Notes under the pieces: generated by a model | The model's input: only the letters and a program-made list of their open reading frames with translations | Told to the model about the DNA's origin: nothing | Database searches by the model: none | DNA from: Escherichia coli | GTDB taxonomy: Bacteria > Pseudomonadota > Gammaproteobacteria > Enterobacterales > Enterobacteriaceae | NCBI RefSeq assembly: GCF_024298765.1 | Contig: NZ_CP101210.1 | Length of the DNA stretch: 64,000 nt | Direction: 5' to 3' (one strand) | Translations under genes and position numbers: made by a program | Shown: piece after piece, positions 63,199 through 64,000 of the stretch | How positions within the stretch are numbered: the first letter of the stretch is position 1 | Layout of the letters: every line of letters begins with the position of its first letter

Positions 63199-64000
63199 AT
63201 GATAAAACTTTCGAATATCACCAAAGTGTTCCACCAGGGCACCCGCACCATCCAGGCGTTGAACAACGTCAGCCTGCATGTGCCAGCTGGACAAATTTAT
63301 GGCGTTATCGGTGCCTCTGGCGCGGGTAAGAGTACGCTTATACGTTGTGTAAACCTGCTGGAGCGCCCAACCGAGGGTAGCGTGCTGGTCGATGGCCAGG
63401 AACTGACCACGCTGTCAGAATCCGAGTTGACCAAAACTCGCCGCCAGATTGGTATGATTTTCCAGCATTTTAACCTGCTCTCTTCGCGTACTGTTTTTGG
63501 CAACGTGGCTCTGCCGCTGGAGCTGGACAACACACCGAAAGATGAGATCAAACGTCGCGTGACGGAATTGCTGTCATTGGTTGGTCTTGGCGATAAGCAT
63601 GATAGCTACCCGTCGAATCTTTCCGGTGGGCAGAAACAGCGTGTGGCGATTGCCCGTGCGTTAGCCAGCAATCCCAAAGTATTGCTGTGTGATGAGGCCA
63701 CCAGCGCGCTGGATCCGGCAACGACACGTTCTATTCTCGAACTGCTGAAAGACATCAACCGCCGTCTGGGTTTGACGATTCTGTTGATCACCCACGAAAT
63801 GGACGTTGTGAAGCGTATTTGTGATTGCGTGGCGGTCATCAGCAATGGCGAACTGATCGAGCAGGACACGGTAAGTGAAGTGTTCTCGCATCCGAAAACG
63901 CCGCTGGCGCAGAAGTTTATTCAGTCGACCCTGCATCTGGATATCCCGGAAGATTACCAGGAACGTCTGCAAGCGGAGCCATTCACTGACTGCGTGCCGA
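63199..64000 (+). CDS. metN: Methionine ABC transporter ATP-binding protein, 3'-truncated by the window edge
   Basis: [57 protein letters not shown]... with the [15 protein letters not shown] signature. It is an open frame to the end of the window, so it is absent from the ORF track. Confidence 0.95.
   Translation, partial: MIKLSNITKVFHQGTRTIQALNNVSLHVPAGQIYGVIGASGAGKSTLIRCVNLLERPTEGSVLVDGQELTTLSESELTKTRRQIGMIFQHFNLLSSRTVFGNVALPLELDNTPKDEIKRRVTELLSLVGLGDKHDSYPSNLSGGQKQRVAIARALASNPKVLLCDEATSALDPATTRSILELLKDINRRLGLTILLITHEMDVVKRICDCVAVISNGELIEQDTVSEVFSHPKTPLAQKFIQSTLHLDIPEDYQERLQAEPFTDCVP

Overview
This window is Escherichia coli chromosome, reverse-complemented relative to K-12. About 48.6-64 kb is conserved backbone that I recognise gene by gene: tRNA-Asp aspV, dnaQ, rnhA, yafS, gloB, mltD, yafE, yafD, yafC, dkgB, tRNA-Asp aspU, the full rrnH operon (5S, 23S, tRNA-Ala, tRNA-Ile, 16S, P1/P2 promoters), gmhB and the 5' part of metN. 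Everything left of aspV (1-48.5 kb, running off the left edge) is a mosaic, IS-riddled ExPEC-type aspV island with three parts. (i) The tosRCBDAEF type I secretion / RTX-adhesin operon, in which TosA carries identical 1005-bp tandem repeats. (ii) IS debris (ISAs1, IS630-family, IS3-family, ISL3) plus an intact IS2 with no target duplication. (iii) An integrase-less CP4/P4-type element running from an RHH protein and alpA to the antirestriction-radC-DUF987-cbeA-cbtA-DUF5983 module. Its cargo includes a TonB-dependent receptor + ABC uptake module (fbp-like) bracketed by direct repeats. It also includes an AT-rich block of orphan genes separated by GC-rich hairpin repeats, with a 200-aa tyrosine recombinase and a HEPN-like/multi-zinc-ribbon protein, and four small secreted proteins. 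The most interesting item is a translationally coupled three-gene operon (32452-36817): dynamin-like GTPase, RdcB/YjcZ-like partner, patatin-like phospholipase. It sits where flu/agn43 follows yeeP in K-12 and is preceded by three clustered GATC sites reminiscent of the Dam/OxyR phase switch. I cannot match it from memory to any named defence or virulence system. I saw no CRISPR array, no reverse transcriptase and no integrase next to aspV. All family assignments come from reading the translations and from memory; no database search was possible.
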